From Auanema rhodensis (lineage: Eukaryota > Animalia > Nematoda): DNA of 64,000 nucleotides. The stretch spans positions 21,080,001 to 21,144,000 of the forward strand of contig OZ059896.1 in the NCBI GenBank assembly GCA_964057225.1. Reading direction: 5' to 3'. The translations under genes were made by a program, and so were the position numbers. The notes under the pieces are model-generated. The model saw only the letters and a program-made list of their open reading frames with translations, was not told the origin of the DNA and made no database searches. Each line of letters begins with the position of its first letter. The stretch's first letter is position 1. Positions 35,101 through 50,100 of this stretch are shown here, one piece after another.

Positions 35101-38100
35101 TAGCGCAAATCTGATAACACAGATCGACGCAGCTTAAAAATCCGCATCGATTGCACTATACTACATTGAGAAACGCTTGATACAAAAATTAGTTATGATC
35201 GTTTGAAAAATGATGCATTAGTGTATGTTGAGTTTCCATGTACACTCAACATTGCTTCCAAAAACATTTTGACAAAAATTTTTTCGAAAAATTTCAAAAT
35301 AATTTAGCAAAAAGTAGATGTTTTTAGATTCCTTTTTTTAAGGCAAAGACGATGGACAATGTTATTCAACGAAAAAATTAATTCTTCAGGACGAAAATCG
35401 AGGATATAAGTGTGAACTTATATCAGTTGATATCTCGGTGCATTTTCAAGCTAGCGCAAATCTGATAACACAGATCGACGCAGCTTAAAAATCCGCATCG
35501 AATGCACTATACTACATTGAGAAACGCTTAATACAAAAATTAGTTATGATCGTTTGAAAAATGATGCATTAGTGTATGTTGAGTTTCCATGTACACTCAA
35601 CATTGCTTCCAAAAACATTTTGACAAAAATTTTTTCGAAAAATTTCAAAATAATTTAGCAAAAAGTAGATGTTTTTAGATTCCTTTTTTTAAGGCAAAGA
35701 CGATGGACAAGGTTATTCAACGAAAAAATTAATTCTTCAGGACGAAAATCGAGGATATAAGTGTGAACTTATATCAGTTGATATCTCGGTGCATTTTCAA
35801 GCTAGCGCAAATCTGATAACACAGATCGACGCAGCTTAAAAATCCGCATCGAATGCACTATACTACATTGAGAAACGCTTAATACAAAAATTAGTTATGA
35901 TCGTTTGAAAAATGATGCATTAGTGTATGTTGAGTTTCCATGTACACTCAACATTGCTTCCAAAAACATTTTGACAAAAATTTTTTCGAAAAATTTCAAA
36001 ATAATTTAGCAAAAAGTAGATGTTTTTAGATTCCTTTTTTTAAGGCAAAGACGATGGACAATGTTATTCAACGAAAAAATTTATTCTTCAGGACGAAAAT
36101 CGAGGATATAAGTGTGAACTTATATCAGTTGATATCTCGGTGCATTTTTAAGCTAGCGCAAATCGGATAACACAGATCGACGCAGCTTAAAAATCCGCAT
36201 CGAATGCACTATACTACATTGAGAAACGCTTAATACAAAAATTAGTTATGATCGTTTGAAAAATGATGCATTAGTGTATGTTGAGTTTCCATGTACACTC
36301 AACATTGCTTCCAAAAACATTTTGACAAAAATTTTTTCGAAAAATTTCAAAATAATTTAGCAAAAAGTAGATGTTTTTAGATTCCATTTTTCAAGGCAAA
36401 GACGATGGACAATGTTATTCAACGAAAAAATTAATTCTTCAGGGTGAAAATCGAGGATATAAGTGTGAACTTATATCAGTTGATATCTCGGGGCATTTTT
36501 AAGCTAGCGCAAATCTGATAACACAGATCGACGCAGCTTAAAAATCCGCATCGAATGCACTATACTACATTGAGAAACGCTTAATACAAAAATTAGTTAT
36601 GATCGTTTGAAAAATGATGCATTAGTGTATGTTGAGTTTCCATGTACACTCAACATTGCTTCCAAAAACATTTTGACAAAAATTTTTTCGAAAAATTTCA
36701 AAATAATTTAGCAAAAAGTAGATGTTTTTAGATTCCTTTTTTTAAGGCAAAGACGATGGACAATGTTATTCAACGAAAAAATTTATTCTTCAGGACGAAA
36801 ATCGAGGATATAAGTGTGAACTTATATCAGTTGATATCTCGGTGCATTTTTAAGCTAGCGCAAATCGGATAACACAGATCGACGCAGCTTAAAAATCCGC
36901 ATCGAATGCACTATACTACATTGAGAAACGCTTAATACAAAAATTAGTTATGATCGTTTGAAAAATGATGCATTAGTGTATGTTGAGTTTCCATGTACAC
37001 TCAACATTGCTTCCAAAAACATTTTGACAAAAATTTTTTCGAAAAATTTCAAAATAATTTAGCAAAAAGTAGATGTTTTTAGATTCCATTTTTCAAGGCA
37101 AAGACGATGGACAATGTTATTCAACGAAAAAATTAATTCTTCAGGGTGAAAATCGAGGATATAAGTGTGAACTTATATCAGTTGATATCTCGGGGCATTT
37201 TTAAGCTAGCGCAAATCTGATAACACAGATCGACGCAGCTTAAAAATCCGCATCGAATGCACTATACTACATCAAGAAACGCTTGATACAAAAATTAGTT
37301 ATGATCGTTTGAAAAATGATGCATTAGTGTATGTTGAGTTTCCATGTACACTCAACATTGCTTCCAAAAACATTTTGACAAAAATTTTTTCGAAAAATTT
37401 CAAAATAATTTAGCAAAAAGTAGATGTTTTTAGATTCCATTTTTCAAGGCAAAGACGATAGACAATGTTATTCAACGAAAAAATTAATTCTTCAGGGTGA
37501 AAATCGAGGATATAAGTGTGAACTTATATCAGTTGATATCTCGGTGCATTTTTAAGCTAGCGCAAATCTGATAACACAGATCGACGCAGCTTAAAAATCC
37601 GTATCGAATGCACTATACTACATTGAGAAACGCTTGATACAAAAATTAGTTATGATCGTTTGAAAAATGATGCATTAGTGTATGTTGAGTTTCCATGTAC
37701 ACTCAACATTGCTTCCAAAAACATTTTGACAAAAATTTTTTCGAAAAATTTCAAAATAATTTAGCAAAAAGTAGATGTTTTTAGATTCCTTTTTTTAAGG
37801 CAAAGACGATGGACAATGTTATTCAACGAAAAAATTTATTCTTCAGGACGAAAATCGAGGATATAAGTGTGAACTTATATCAGTTGATATCTCGGTGCAT
37901 TTTTAAGCTAGCGCAAATCGGATAACACAGATCGACGCAGCTTAAAAATCCGCATCGAATGCACTATACTACATTGAGAAACGCTTAATACAAAAATTAG
38001 TTATGATCGTTTGAAAAATGATGCATTAGTGTATGTTGAGTTTCCATGTACACTCAACATTGCTTCCAAAAACATTTTGACAAAAATTTTTTCGAAAAAT

Positions 38101-41100
38101 TTCAAAATAATTTAGCAAAAAGTAGATGTTTTTAGATTCCATTTTTCAAGGCAAAGACGATAGACAATGTTATTCAACGAAAAAATTAATTCTTCAGGGT
38201 GAAAATCGAGGATATAAGTGTGAACTTATATCAGTTGATATCTCGGTGCATTTTTAAGCTAGCGCAAATCTGATAACACAGATCGACGCAGCTTAAAAAT
38301 CCGTATCGAATGCACTATACTACATTGAGAAACGCTTGATACAAAAATTAGTTATGATCGTTTGAAAAATGATGCATTAGTGTATGTTGAGTTTCCATGT
38401 ACACTCAACATTGCTTCCAAAAACATTTTGACAAAAATTTTTTCGAAAAATTTCAAAATAATTTAGCAAAAAGTAGATGTTTTTAGATTCCTTTTTTTAA
38501 GGCAAAGACGATGGACAATGTTATTCAACGAAAAAATTTATTCTTCAGGACGAAAATCGAGGATATAAGTGTGAACTTATATCAGTTGATATCTCGGTGC
38601 ATTTTTAAGCTAGCGCAAATCGGATAACACAGATCGACGCAGCTTAAAAATCCGCATCGAATGCACTATACTACATTGAGAAACGCTTAATACAAAAATT
38701 AGTTATGATCGTTTGAAAAATGATGCATTAGTGTATGTTGAGTTTCCATGTACACTCAACATTGCTTCCAAAAACATTTTGACAAAAATTTTTTCGAAAA
38801 ATTTCAAAATAATTTAGCAAAAAGTAGATGTTTTTAGATTCCATTTTTCAAGGCAAAGACGATGGACAATGTTATTCAACGAAAAAATTAATTCTTCAGG
38901 GTGAAAATCGAGGATATAAGTGTGAACTTATATCAGTTGATATCTCGGGGCATTTTTAAGCTAGCGCAAATCTGATAACACAGATCGACGCAGCTTAAAA
39001 ATCCGCATCGAATGCACTATACTACATCAAGAAACGCTTGATACAAAAATTAGTTATGATCGTTTGAAAAATGATGCATTAGTGTATGTTGAGTTTCCAT
39101 GTACACTCAACATTGCTTCCAAAAACATTTTGACAAAAATTTTTTCGAAAAATTTCAAAATAATTTAGCAAAAAGTAGATGTTTTTAGATTCCTTTTTTT
39201 AAGGCAAAGACGATGGACAATGTTATTCAACGAAAAAATTTATTCTTCAGGACGAAAATCGAGGATATAAGTGTGAACTTATATCAGTTGATATCTCGGT
39301 GCATTTTTAAGCTAGCGCAAATCGGATAACACAGATCGACGCAGCTTAAAAATCCGCATCGAATGCACTATACTACATTGAGAAACGCTTAATACAAAAA
39401 TTAGTTATGATCGTTTGAAAAATGATGCATTAGTGTATGTTGAGTTTCCATGTACACTCAACATTGCTTCCAAAAACATTTTGACAAAAATTTTTTCGAA
39501 AAATTTCAAAATAATTTAGCAAAAAGTAGATGTTTTTAGATTCCATTTTTCAAGGCAAAGACGATGGACAATGTTATTCAACGAAAAAATTAATTCTTCA
39601 GGGTGAAAATCGAGGATATAAGTGTGAACTTATATCAGTTGATATCTCGGGGCATTTTTAAGCTAGCGCAAATCTGATAACACAGATCGACGCAGCTTAA
39701 AAATCCGCATCGAATGCACTATACTACATTGAGAAACGCTTAATACAAAAATTAGTTATGATCGTTTGAAAAATGATGCATTAGTGTATGTTGAGTTTCC
39801 ATGTACACTCAACATTGCTTCCAAAAACATTTGGACAAAAATTTTTTCGAAAAATTTCAAAATAATTTAGCAAAAAGTAGATGTTTTTAGATTCCATTTT
39901 TCAAGGCAAAGACGATAGACAATGTTATTCAACGAAAAAATTAATTCTTCAGGGTGAAAATCGAGGATATAAGTGTGAACTTATATCAGTTGATATCTCG
40001 GTGCATTTTTAAGCTAGCGCAAATCTGATAACACAGATCGACGCAGCTTAAAAATCCGTATCGAATGCACTATACTACATTGAGAAACGCTTGATACAAA
40101 AATTAGTTATGATCGTTTGAAAAATGATGCATTAGTGTATGTTGAGTTTCCATGTACACTCAACATTGCTTCCAAAAACATTTTGACAAAAATTTTTTCG
40201 AAAAATTTCAAAATAATTTAGCAAAAAGTAGATGTTTTTAGATTCCTTTTTTTAAGGCAAAGACGATGGACAATGTTATTCAACGAAAAAATTTATTCTT
40301 CAGGACGAAAATCGAGGATATAAGTGTGAACTTATATCAGTTGATATCTCGGTGCATTTTTAAGCTAGCGCAAATCGGATAACACAGATCGACGCAGCTT
40401 AAAAATCCGCATCGAATGCACTATACTACATTGAGAAACGCTTAATACAAAAATTAGTTATGATCGTTTGAAAAATGATGCATTAGTGTATGTTGAGTTT
40501 CCATGTACACTCAACATTGCTTCCAAAAACATTTTGACAAAAATTTTTTCGAAAAATTTCAAAATAATTTAGCAAAAAGTAGATGTTTTTAGATTCCATT
40601 TTTCAAGGCAAAGACGATGGACAATGTTATTCAACGAAAAAATTAATTCTTCAGGGTGAAAATCGAGGATATAAGTGTGAACTTATATCAGTTGATATCT
40701 CGGGGCATTTTTAAGCTAGCGCAAATCTGATAACACAGATCGACGCAGCTTAAAAATCCGCATCGAATGCACTATACTACATCAAGAAACGCTTGATACA
40801 AAAATTAGTTATGATCGTTTGAAAAATGATGCATTAGTGTATGTTGAGTTTCCATGTACACTCAACATTGCTTCCAAAAACATTTGGACAAAAATTTTTT
40901 CGAAAAATTTCAAAATAATTTAGCAAAAAGTAGATGTTTTTAGATTCCATTTTTCAAGGCAAAGACGATAGACAATGTTATTCAACGAAAAAATTAATTC
41001 TTCAGGGTGAAAATCGAGGATATAAGTGTGAACTTATATCAGTTGATATCTCGGTGCATTTTTAAGCTAGCGCAAATCTGATAACACAGATCGACGCAGC

Positions 41101-44100
41101 TTAAAAATCCGTATCGAATGCACTATACTACATTGAGAAACGCTTGATACAAAAATTAGTTATGATCGTTTGAAAAATGATGCATTAGTGTATGTTGAGT
41201 TTCCATGTACACTCAACATTGCTTCCAAAAACATTTTGACAAAAATTTTTTCGAAAAATTTCAAAATAATTTAGCAAAAAGTAGATGTTTTTAGATTCCA
41301 TTTTTAAAGGCAAAGACGATAGACAATGTTATTCAACGAAAAAATTAATTCTTCAGGGTGAAAATCGAGGATATAAGTGTGAACTTATATCAGTTGATAT
41401 CTCGGTGCATTTTCAAGCTAGCGCAAATCTGATAACACAGATCGACGCAGCTTAAAAATCCGCATCGAATGCACTATACTACATTGAGAAACGCTTGATA
41501 CAAAAATTAGTTATGATCGTTTGAAAAATGATGCATTAGTGTATGTTGAGTTTCCATGTACACTCAACATTGCTTCCAAAAACATTTTGACAAAAATTTT
41601 TTCGAAAAATTTCAAAATAATTTAGCAAAAAGTAGATGTTTTTAGATTCCTTTTTTCAAGGCAAAGACGATAGACAATGTTATTCAACGAAAAAATTAAT
41701 TCTTCAGGGTGAAAATCGAGGATATAAGTGTGAACTTATATCAGTTGATATCTCGGTGCATTTTTAAGCTAGCGCAAATCTGATAAAACAGATCGACGCA
41801 GCTTAAAAATCCGTATCGAATGCACTATACTACATTGAGAAACGCTTGATACAAAAATTAGTTATGATCGTTTGAAAAATGATGCATTAGTGTATGTTGA
41901 GTTTCCATGTACACTCAACATTGCTTCCAAAAACATTTTGACAAAAATTTTTTCGAAAAATTTCAAAATAATTTAGCAAAAAGTAGATGTTTTTAGATTC
42001 CTTTTTTTAAGGCAAAGACGATGGACAATGTTATTCAACGAAAAAATTTATTCTTCAGGACGAAAATCGAGGATATAAGTGTGAACTTATATCAGTTGAT
42101 ATCTCGGTGCATTTTTAAGCTAGCGCAAATCGGATAACACAGATCGACGCAGCTTAAAAATCCGCATCGAATGCACTATACTACATTGAGAAACGCTTAA
42201 TACAAAAATTAGTTATGATCGTTTGAAAAATGATGCATTAGTGTATGTTGAGTTTCCATGTACACTCAACATTGCTTCCAAAAACATTTTGACAAAAATT
42301 TTTTCGAAAAATTTCAAAATAATTTAGCAAAAAGTAGATGTTTTTAGATTCCATTTTTCAAGGCAAAGACGATGGACAATGTTATTCAACGAAAAAATTA
42401 ATTCTTCAGGGTGAAAATCGAGGATATAAGTGTGAACTTATATCAGTTGATATCTCGGGGCATTTTTAAGCTAGCGCAAATCTGATAACACAGATCGACG
42501 CAGCTTAAAAATCCGCATCGAATGCACTATACTACATCAAGAAACGCTTGATACAAAAATTAGTTATGATCGTTTGAAAAATGATGCATTAGTGTATGTT
42601 GAGTTTCCATGTACACTCAACATTGCTTCCAAAAACATTTTGACAAAAATTTTTTCGAAAAAATTCAAAATAATTTAGCAAAAAGTAGATGTTTTTAGAT
42701 TCCTTTTTTTAAGGCAAAGACGATGGACAATGTTATTCAACGAAAAATCTAATTCTTCAGGACGAAAATCGAGGATATAAGTGTGAACTTATATCAGTTG
42801 ATATCTCGGTGCATTTTCAAGCTAGCGCAAATCTGATAACACAGATCGACGCAGCTTAAAAATCCGCATCGAATGCACTATACTACATTGAGAAACGCTT
42901 AATACAAAAATTAGTTATGATCGTTTGAAAAATGATGCATTAGTGTATGTTGAGTTTCCATGTACACTCAACATTGCTTCCAAAAACATTTTGACAAAAA
43001 TTTTTTCGAAAAATTTCAAAATAATTTAGCAAAAAGTAGATGTTTTTAGATTCCATTTTTCAAGGCAAAGACGATGGACAATGTTATTCAACGAAAAAAT
43101 TAATTCTTCAGGGTGAAAATCGAGGATATAAGTGTGAACTTATATCAGTTGATATCTCGGGGCATTTTTAAGCTAGCGCAAATCTGATAACACAGATCGA
43201 CGCAGCTTAAAAATCCGCATCGAATGCACTATACTACATCAAGAAACGCTTGATACAAAAATTAGTTATGATCGTTTGAAAAATGATGCATTAGTGTATG
43301 TTGAGTTTCCATGTACACTCAACATTGCTTCCAAAAACATTTTGACAAAAATTTTTTCGAAAAAATTCAAAATAATTTAGCAAAAAGTAGATGTTTTTAG
43401 ATTCCATTTTTCAAGGCAAAGACGATGGACAATGTTATTCAACGAAAAAATTAATTCTTCAGGGTGAAAATCGAGGATATAAGTGTGAACTTATATCAGT
43501 TGATATCTCGGGGCATTTTTAAGCTAGCGCAAATCTGATAACACAGATCGACGCAGCTTAAAAATCCGCATCGAATGCACTATACTACATTGAGAAACGC
43601 TTAATACAAAAATTAGTTATGATCGTTTGAAAAATGATGCATTAGTGTATGTTGAGTTTCCATGTACACTCAACATTGCTTCCAAAAACATTTTGACAAA
43701 AATTTTTTCGAAAAATTTCAAAATAATTTAGCAAAAAGTAGATGTTTTTAGATTCCATTTTTCAAGGCAAAGACGATGGACAATGTTATTCAACGAAAAA
43801 ATTAATTCTTCAGGGTGAAAATCGAGGATATAAGTGTGAACTTATATCAGTTGATATCTCGGGGCATTTTTAAGCTAGCGCAAATCTGATAACACAGATC
43901 GACGCAGCTTAAAAATCCGCATCGAATGCACTATACCACATCAAGAAACGCTTGATACAAAAATTAGTTATGATCGTTTGAAAAATGATGCATTAGTGTA
44001 TGTTGAGTTTCCATGTACACTCAACATTGCTTCCAAAAACATTTGGACAAAAATTTTTTCGAAAAATTTCAAAATAATTTAGCAAAAAGTAGATGTTTTT

Positions 44101-47100
44101 AGATTCCATTTTTCAAGGCAAAGACGATAGACAATGTTATTCAACGAAAAAATTAATTCTTCAGGGTGAAAATCGAGGATATAAGTGTGAACTTATATCA
44201 GTTGATATCTCGGTGCATTTTTAAGCTAGCGCAAATCTGATAACACAGATCGACGCAGCTTAAAAATCCGTATCGAATGCACTATACTACATTGAGAAAC
44301 GCTTGATACAAAAATTAGTTATGATCGTTTGAAAAATGATGCATTAGTGTATGTTGAGTTTCCATGTACACTCAACATTGCTTCCAAAAACATTTTGACA
44401 AAAATTTTTTCGAAAAATTTCAAAATAATTTAGCAAAAAGTAGATGTTTTTAGATTCCATTTTTAAAGGCAAAGACGATAGACAATGTTATTCAACGAAA
44501 AAATTAATTCTTCAGGGTGAAAATCGAGGATATAAGTGTGAACTTATATCAGTTGATATCTCGGTGCATTTTCAAGCTAGCGCAAATCTGATAACACAGA
44601 TCGACGCAGCTTAAAAATCCGCATCGAATGCACTATACTACATTGAGAAACGCTTGATACAAAAATTAGTTATGATCGTTTGAAAAATGATGCATTAGTG
44701 TATGTTGAGTTTCCATGTACACTCAACATTGCTTCCAAAAACATTTTGACAAAAATTTTTTCGAAAAATTTCAAAATAATTTAGCAAAAAGTAGATGTTT
44801 TTAGATTCCTTTTTTTAAGGCAAAGACGATGGACAATGTTATTCAACGAAAAAATTAATTCTTCAGGGTGAAAATCGAGGATATAAGTGTGCACTTATAT
44901 CAGTTGATATCTCGGTGCATTTTTAAGCTAGCGCAAATCTGATAACACAGATCGACGCAGCTTAAAAATCTGCATCGAATGCACTATACTACATCAAAAA
45001 ACGCTTGATACAAAAATTAGTTATGATCGTTTGAAAAATGATGCATTAGTGTATGTTGAGTTTCCATGTACACTCAACATTGCTTCCAAAAACATTTTGA
45101 CAAAAATTTTTTCGAAAAATTTCAAAATAATTTAGCAAAAAGTAGATGTTTTTAGATTCCTTTTTTTAAGGCAAAGACGATGGACAATGTTATTCAACGA
45201 AAAAATTAATTCTTCAGGGTGAAAATCGAGGATATAAGTGTGAACTTATATCAGTTGATATCTCGGTGCATTTTTAAGCTAGCGCAAATCTGATAACACA
45301 GATCGACGCAGCTTAAAAATCTGCATCGAATGCACTATACTACATCAAAAAACGCTTGATACAAAAATTAGTTATGATCGTTTGAAAAATGATGCATTAG
45401 TGTATGTTGAGTTTCCATGTACACTCAACATTGCTTCCAAAAACATTTTGACAAAAATTTTTTCGAAAAATTTCAAAATAATTTAGCAAAAAGTAGATGT
45501 TTTTAGATTCCATTTTTCAAGGCAAAGACGATAGACATTGTTATTCAACGAAAAAATTAATTCTTCAGGGTGAAAATCGAGGATATAAGTGTGAACTTAT
45601 ATCAGTTGATATCTCGATGCATTTTCAAGCTAGCGCAAATCTGATAACACAGATCGACGCAGCTTAAAAATCTGCATCGAATGCACTATACTACATCAAA
45701 AAACGCTTGATACAAAAATTAGTTATGATCGTTTGAAAAATGATGCATTAGTGTATGTTGAGTTTCCATGTACACTCAACATTGCTTCCAAAAACATTTT
45801 GACAAAAATTTTTTCGAAAAATTTCAAAATAATTTAGCAAAAAGTAGATGTTTTTAGATTCCTTTTTTTAAGGCAAAGACGATGGACAATGTTATTCAAC
45901 GAAAAAATTAATTCTTCAGGGTGAAAATCGAGGATATAAGTGTGAACTTATATCAGTTGATATCTCGGTGCATTTTCAAGCTAGCGCAAATCTGATAATA
46001 CAGATCGACGCAGCTTAAAAATCCGCATCGAATGCACTATACTACATTGAGAAACGCTTAATACAAAAATTAGTTATGATCGTTTGAAAAATGATGCATT
46101 AGTGTATGTTGAGTTTCCATGTACACTCAACATTGCTTCCAAAAACATTTTGACAAAAATTTTTTCGAAAAATTTCAAAATAATTTAGCAAAAAGTAGAT
46201 GTTTTTAGATTCCATTTTTCAAGGCAAAGACGATAGACATTGTTATTCAACGAAAAAATTAATTCTTCAGGGTGAAAATCGAGGATATAAGTGTGAACTT
46301 ATATCAGTTGATATCTCGGTGCATTTTCAAGCTAGCGCAAATCTGATAACACAGATCAACGCAGCTTAAAAATCCGCATCGATTGCACTATACTACATTG
46401 AGAAACGCTTGATACAAAAATTAGTTATGATCGTTTGAAAAATGATGCATTAGTGTATGTTGAGTTTCCATGTACACTCAACATTGCTTCCAAAAACATT
46501 TTGACAAAAATTTTTTCGAAAAATTTCAAAATAATTTAGCAAAAAGTAGATGTTTTTAGATTCCATTTTTCAAGGCAAAGACGATGGACAAGGTTATTCA
46601 ACGAAAAAATTAATTCTTCAGGACGAAAATCGAGGATATAAGTGTGAACTTATATCAGTTGATATCTCGGGGCATTTTTAAGCTAGCGCAAATCTGATAA
46701 CACAGATCGACGCAGCTTAAAAATCCGCATCGAATGCACTATACTACATTGAGAAACGCTTAATACAAAAATTAGTTATGATCGTTTGAAAAATGATGCA
46801 TTAGTGTATGTTGAGTTTCCATGTACACTCAACATTGCTTCCAAAAACATTTTGACAAAAATTTTTTCGAAAAATTTCAAAATAATTTAGCAAAAAGTAG
46901 ATGTTTTTAGATTCCTTTTTTTAAGGCAAAGACGATGGACAATGTTATTCAACGAAAAAATTTATTCTTCAGGACGAAAATCGAGGATATAAGTGTGAAC
47001 TTATATCAGTTGATATCTCGGTGCATTTTTAAGCTAGCGCAAATCGGATAACACAGATCGACGCAGCTTAAAAATCCGCATCGAATGCACTATACTACAT

Positions 47101-50100
47101 TGAGAAACGCTTAATACAAAAATTAGTTATGATCGTTTGAAAAATGATGCATTAGTGTATGTTGAGTTTCCATGTACACTCAACATTGCTTCCAAAAACA
47201 TTTTGACAAAAATTTTTTCGAAAAATTTCAAAATAATTTAGCAAAAAGTAGATGTTTTTAGATTCCATTTTTCAAGGCAAAGACGATGGACAATGTTATT
47301 CAACGAAAAAATTAATTCTTCAGGGTGAAAATCGAGGATATAAGTGTGAACTTATATCAGTTGATATCTCGGGGCATTTTTAAGCTAGCGCAAATCTGAT
47401 AACACAGATCGACGCAGCTTAAAAATCCGCATCGAATGCACTATACTACATCAAGAAACGCTTGATACAAAAATTAGTTATGATCGTTTGAAAAATGATG
47501 CATTAGTGTATGTTGAGTTTCCATGTACACTCAACATTGCTTCCAAAAACATTTTGACAAAAATTTTTTCGAAAAATTTCAAAATAATTTAGCAAAAAGT
47601 AGATGTTTTTAGATTCCTTTTTTTAAGGCAAAGACGATGGACAATGTTATTCAACGAAAAAATTAATTCTTCAGGACGAAAATCGAGGATATAAGTGTGA
47701 ACTTATATCAGTTGATATCTCGGTGCATTTTCAAGCTAGCGCAAATCTGATAACACAGATCGACGCAGCTTAAAAATCCGCATCGAATGCACTATACTAC
47801 ATTGAGAAACGCTTGATACAAAAATTAGTTATGATCGTTTGAAAAATGATGCATTAGTGTATGTTGAGTTTCCATGTACACTCAACATTGCTTCCAAAAA
47901 CATTTTGACAAAAATTTTTTCGAAAAATTTCAAAATAATTTAGCAAAAAGTAGATGTTTTTAGATTCCATTTTTCAAGGCAAAGACGATAGACAATGTTA
48001 TTCAACGAAAAAATTAATTCTTCAGGGTGAAAATCGAGGATATAAGTGTGAACTTATATCAGTTGATATCTCGGTGCATTTTCAAGCTAGCGCAAATCTG
48101 ATAACACAGATCGACGCAGCTTAAAAATCCGCATCGAATGCACTATACTACATTGAGAAACGCTTGATACAAAAATTAGTTATGATCGTTTGAAAAATGA
48201 TGCATTAGTGTATGTTGAGTTTCCATGTACACTCAACATTGCTTCCAAAAACATTTTGACAAAAATTTTTTCGAAAAATTTCAAAATAATTTAGCAAAAA
48301 GTAGATGTTTTTAGATTCCATTTTTCAAGGCAAAGACGATAGACAATGTTATTCAACGAAAAAATTAATTCTTCAGGGTGAAAATCGAGGATATAAGTGT
48401 GAACTTATATCAGTTGATATCTCGGTGCATTTTTAAGCTAGCGCAAATCTGATAACACAGATCGACGCAGCTTAAAAATCCGTATCGAATGCACTATACT
48501 ACATTGAGAAACGCTTGATACAAAAATTAGTTATGATCGTTTGAAAAATGATGCATTAGTGTATGTTGAGTTTCCATGTACACTCAACATTGCTTCCAAA
48601 AACATTTTGACAAAAATTTTTTCGAAAAATTTCAAAATAATTTAGCAAAAAGTAGATGTTTTTAGATTCCATTTTTCAAGGCAAAGACGATGGACAATGT
48701 TATTCAACGAAAAAATTAATTCTTCAGGGTGAAAATCGAGGATATAAGTGTGAACTTATATCAGTTGATATCTCGGGGCATTTTTAAGCTAGCGCAAATC
48801 TGATAACACAGATCGACGCAGCTTAAAAATCCGCATCGAATGCACTATACTACATCAAGAAACGCTTGATACAAAAATTAGTTATGATCGTTTGAAAAAT
48901 GATGCATTAGTGTATGTTGAGTTTCCATGTACACTCAACATTGCTTCCAAAAACATTTTGACAAAAATTTTTTCGAAAAATTTCAAAATAATTTAGCAAA
49001 AAGTAGATGTTTTTAGATTTCTTTTTTTAAGGCAAAGACGATGGACAATGTTATTCAACGAAAAAATTAATTCTTCAGGACGAAAATCGAGGATATAAGT
49101 GTGAACTTATATCAGTTGATATCTCGGTGCATTTTCAAGCTAGCGCAAATCTGATAACACAGATCGACGCAGCTTAAAAATCCGCATCGAATGCACTATA
49201 CTACATTGAGAAACGCTTGATACAAAAATTAGTTATGATCGTTTGAAAAATGATGCATTAGTGTATGTTGAGTTTCCATGTACACTCAACATTGCTTCCA
49301 AAAACATTTTGACAAAAATTTTTTCGAAAAATTTCAAAATAATTTAGCAAAAAGTAGATGTTTTTAGATTCCATTTTTCAAGGCAAAGACGATAGACAAT
49401 GTTATTCAACGAAAAAATTAATTCTTCAGGGTGAAAATCGAGGATATAAGTGTGAACTTATATCAGTTGATATCTCGGTGCATTTTCAAGCTAGCGCAAA
49501 TCTGATAACACAGATCGACGCAGCTTAAAAATCCGCATCGAATGCACTATACTACATTGAGAAACGCTTGATACAAAAATTAGTTATGATCGTTTGAAAA
49601 ATGATGCATTAGTGTATGTTGAGTTTCCATGTACACTCAACATTGCTTCCAAAAACATTTTGACAAAAATTTTTTCGAAAAATTTCAAAATAATTTAGCA
49701 AAAAGTAGATGTTTTTAGATTCCATTTTTCAAGGCAAAGACGATAGACAATGTTATTCAACGAAAAAATTAATTCTTCAGGGTGAAAATCGAGGATATAA
49801 GTGTGAACTTATATCAGTTGATATCTCGGTGCATTTTTAAGCTAGCGCAAATCTGATAACACAGATCGACGCAGCTTAAAAATCCGTATCGAATGCACTA
49901 TACTACATTGAGAAACGCTTGATACAAAAATTAGTTATGATCGTTTGAAAAATGATGCATTAGTGTATGTTGAGTTTCCATGTACACTCAACATTGCTTC
50001 CAAAAACATTTTGACAAAAATTTTTTCGAAAAATTTCAAAATAATTTAGCAAAAAGTAGATGTTTTTAGATTCCATTTTTAAAGGCAAAGACGATAGACA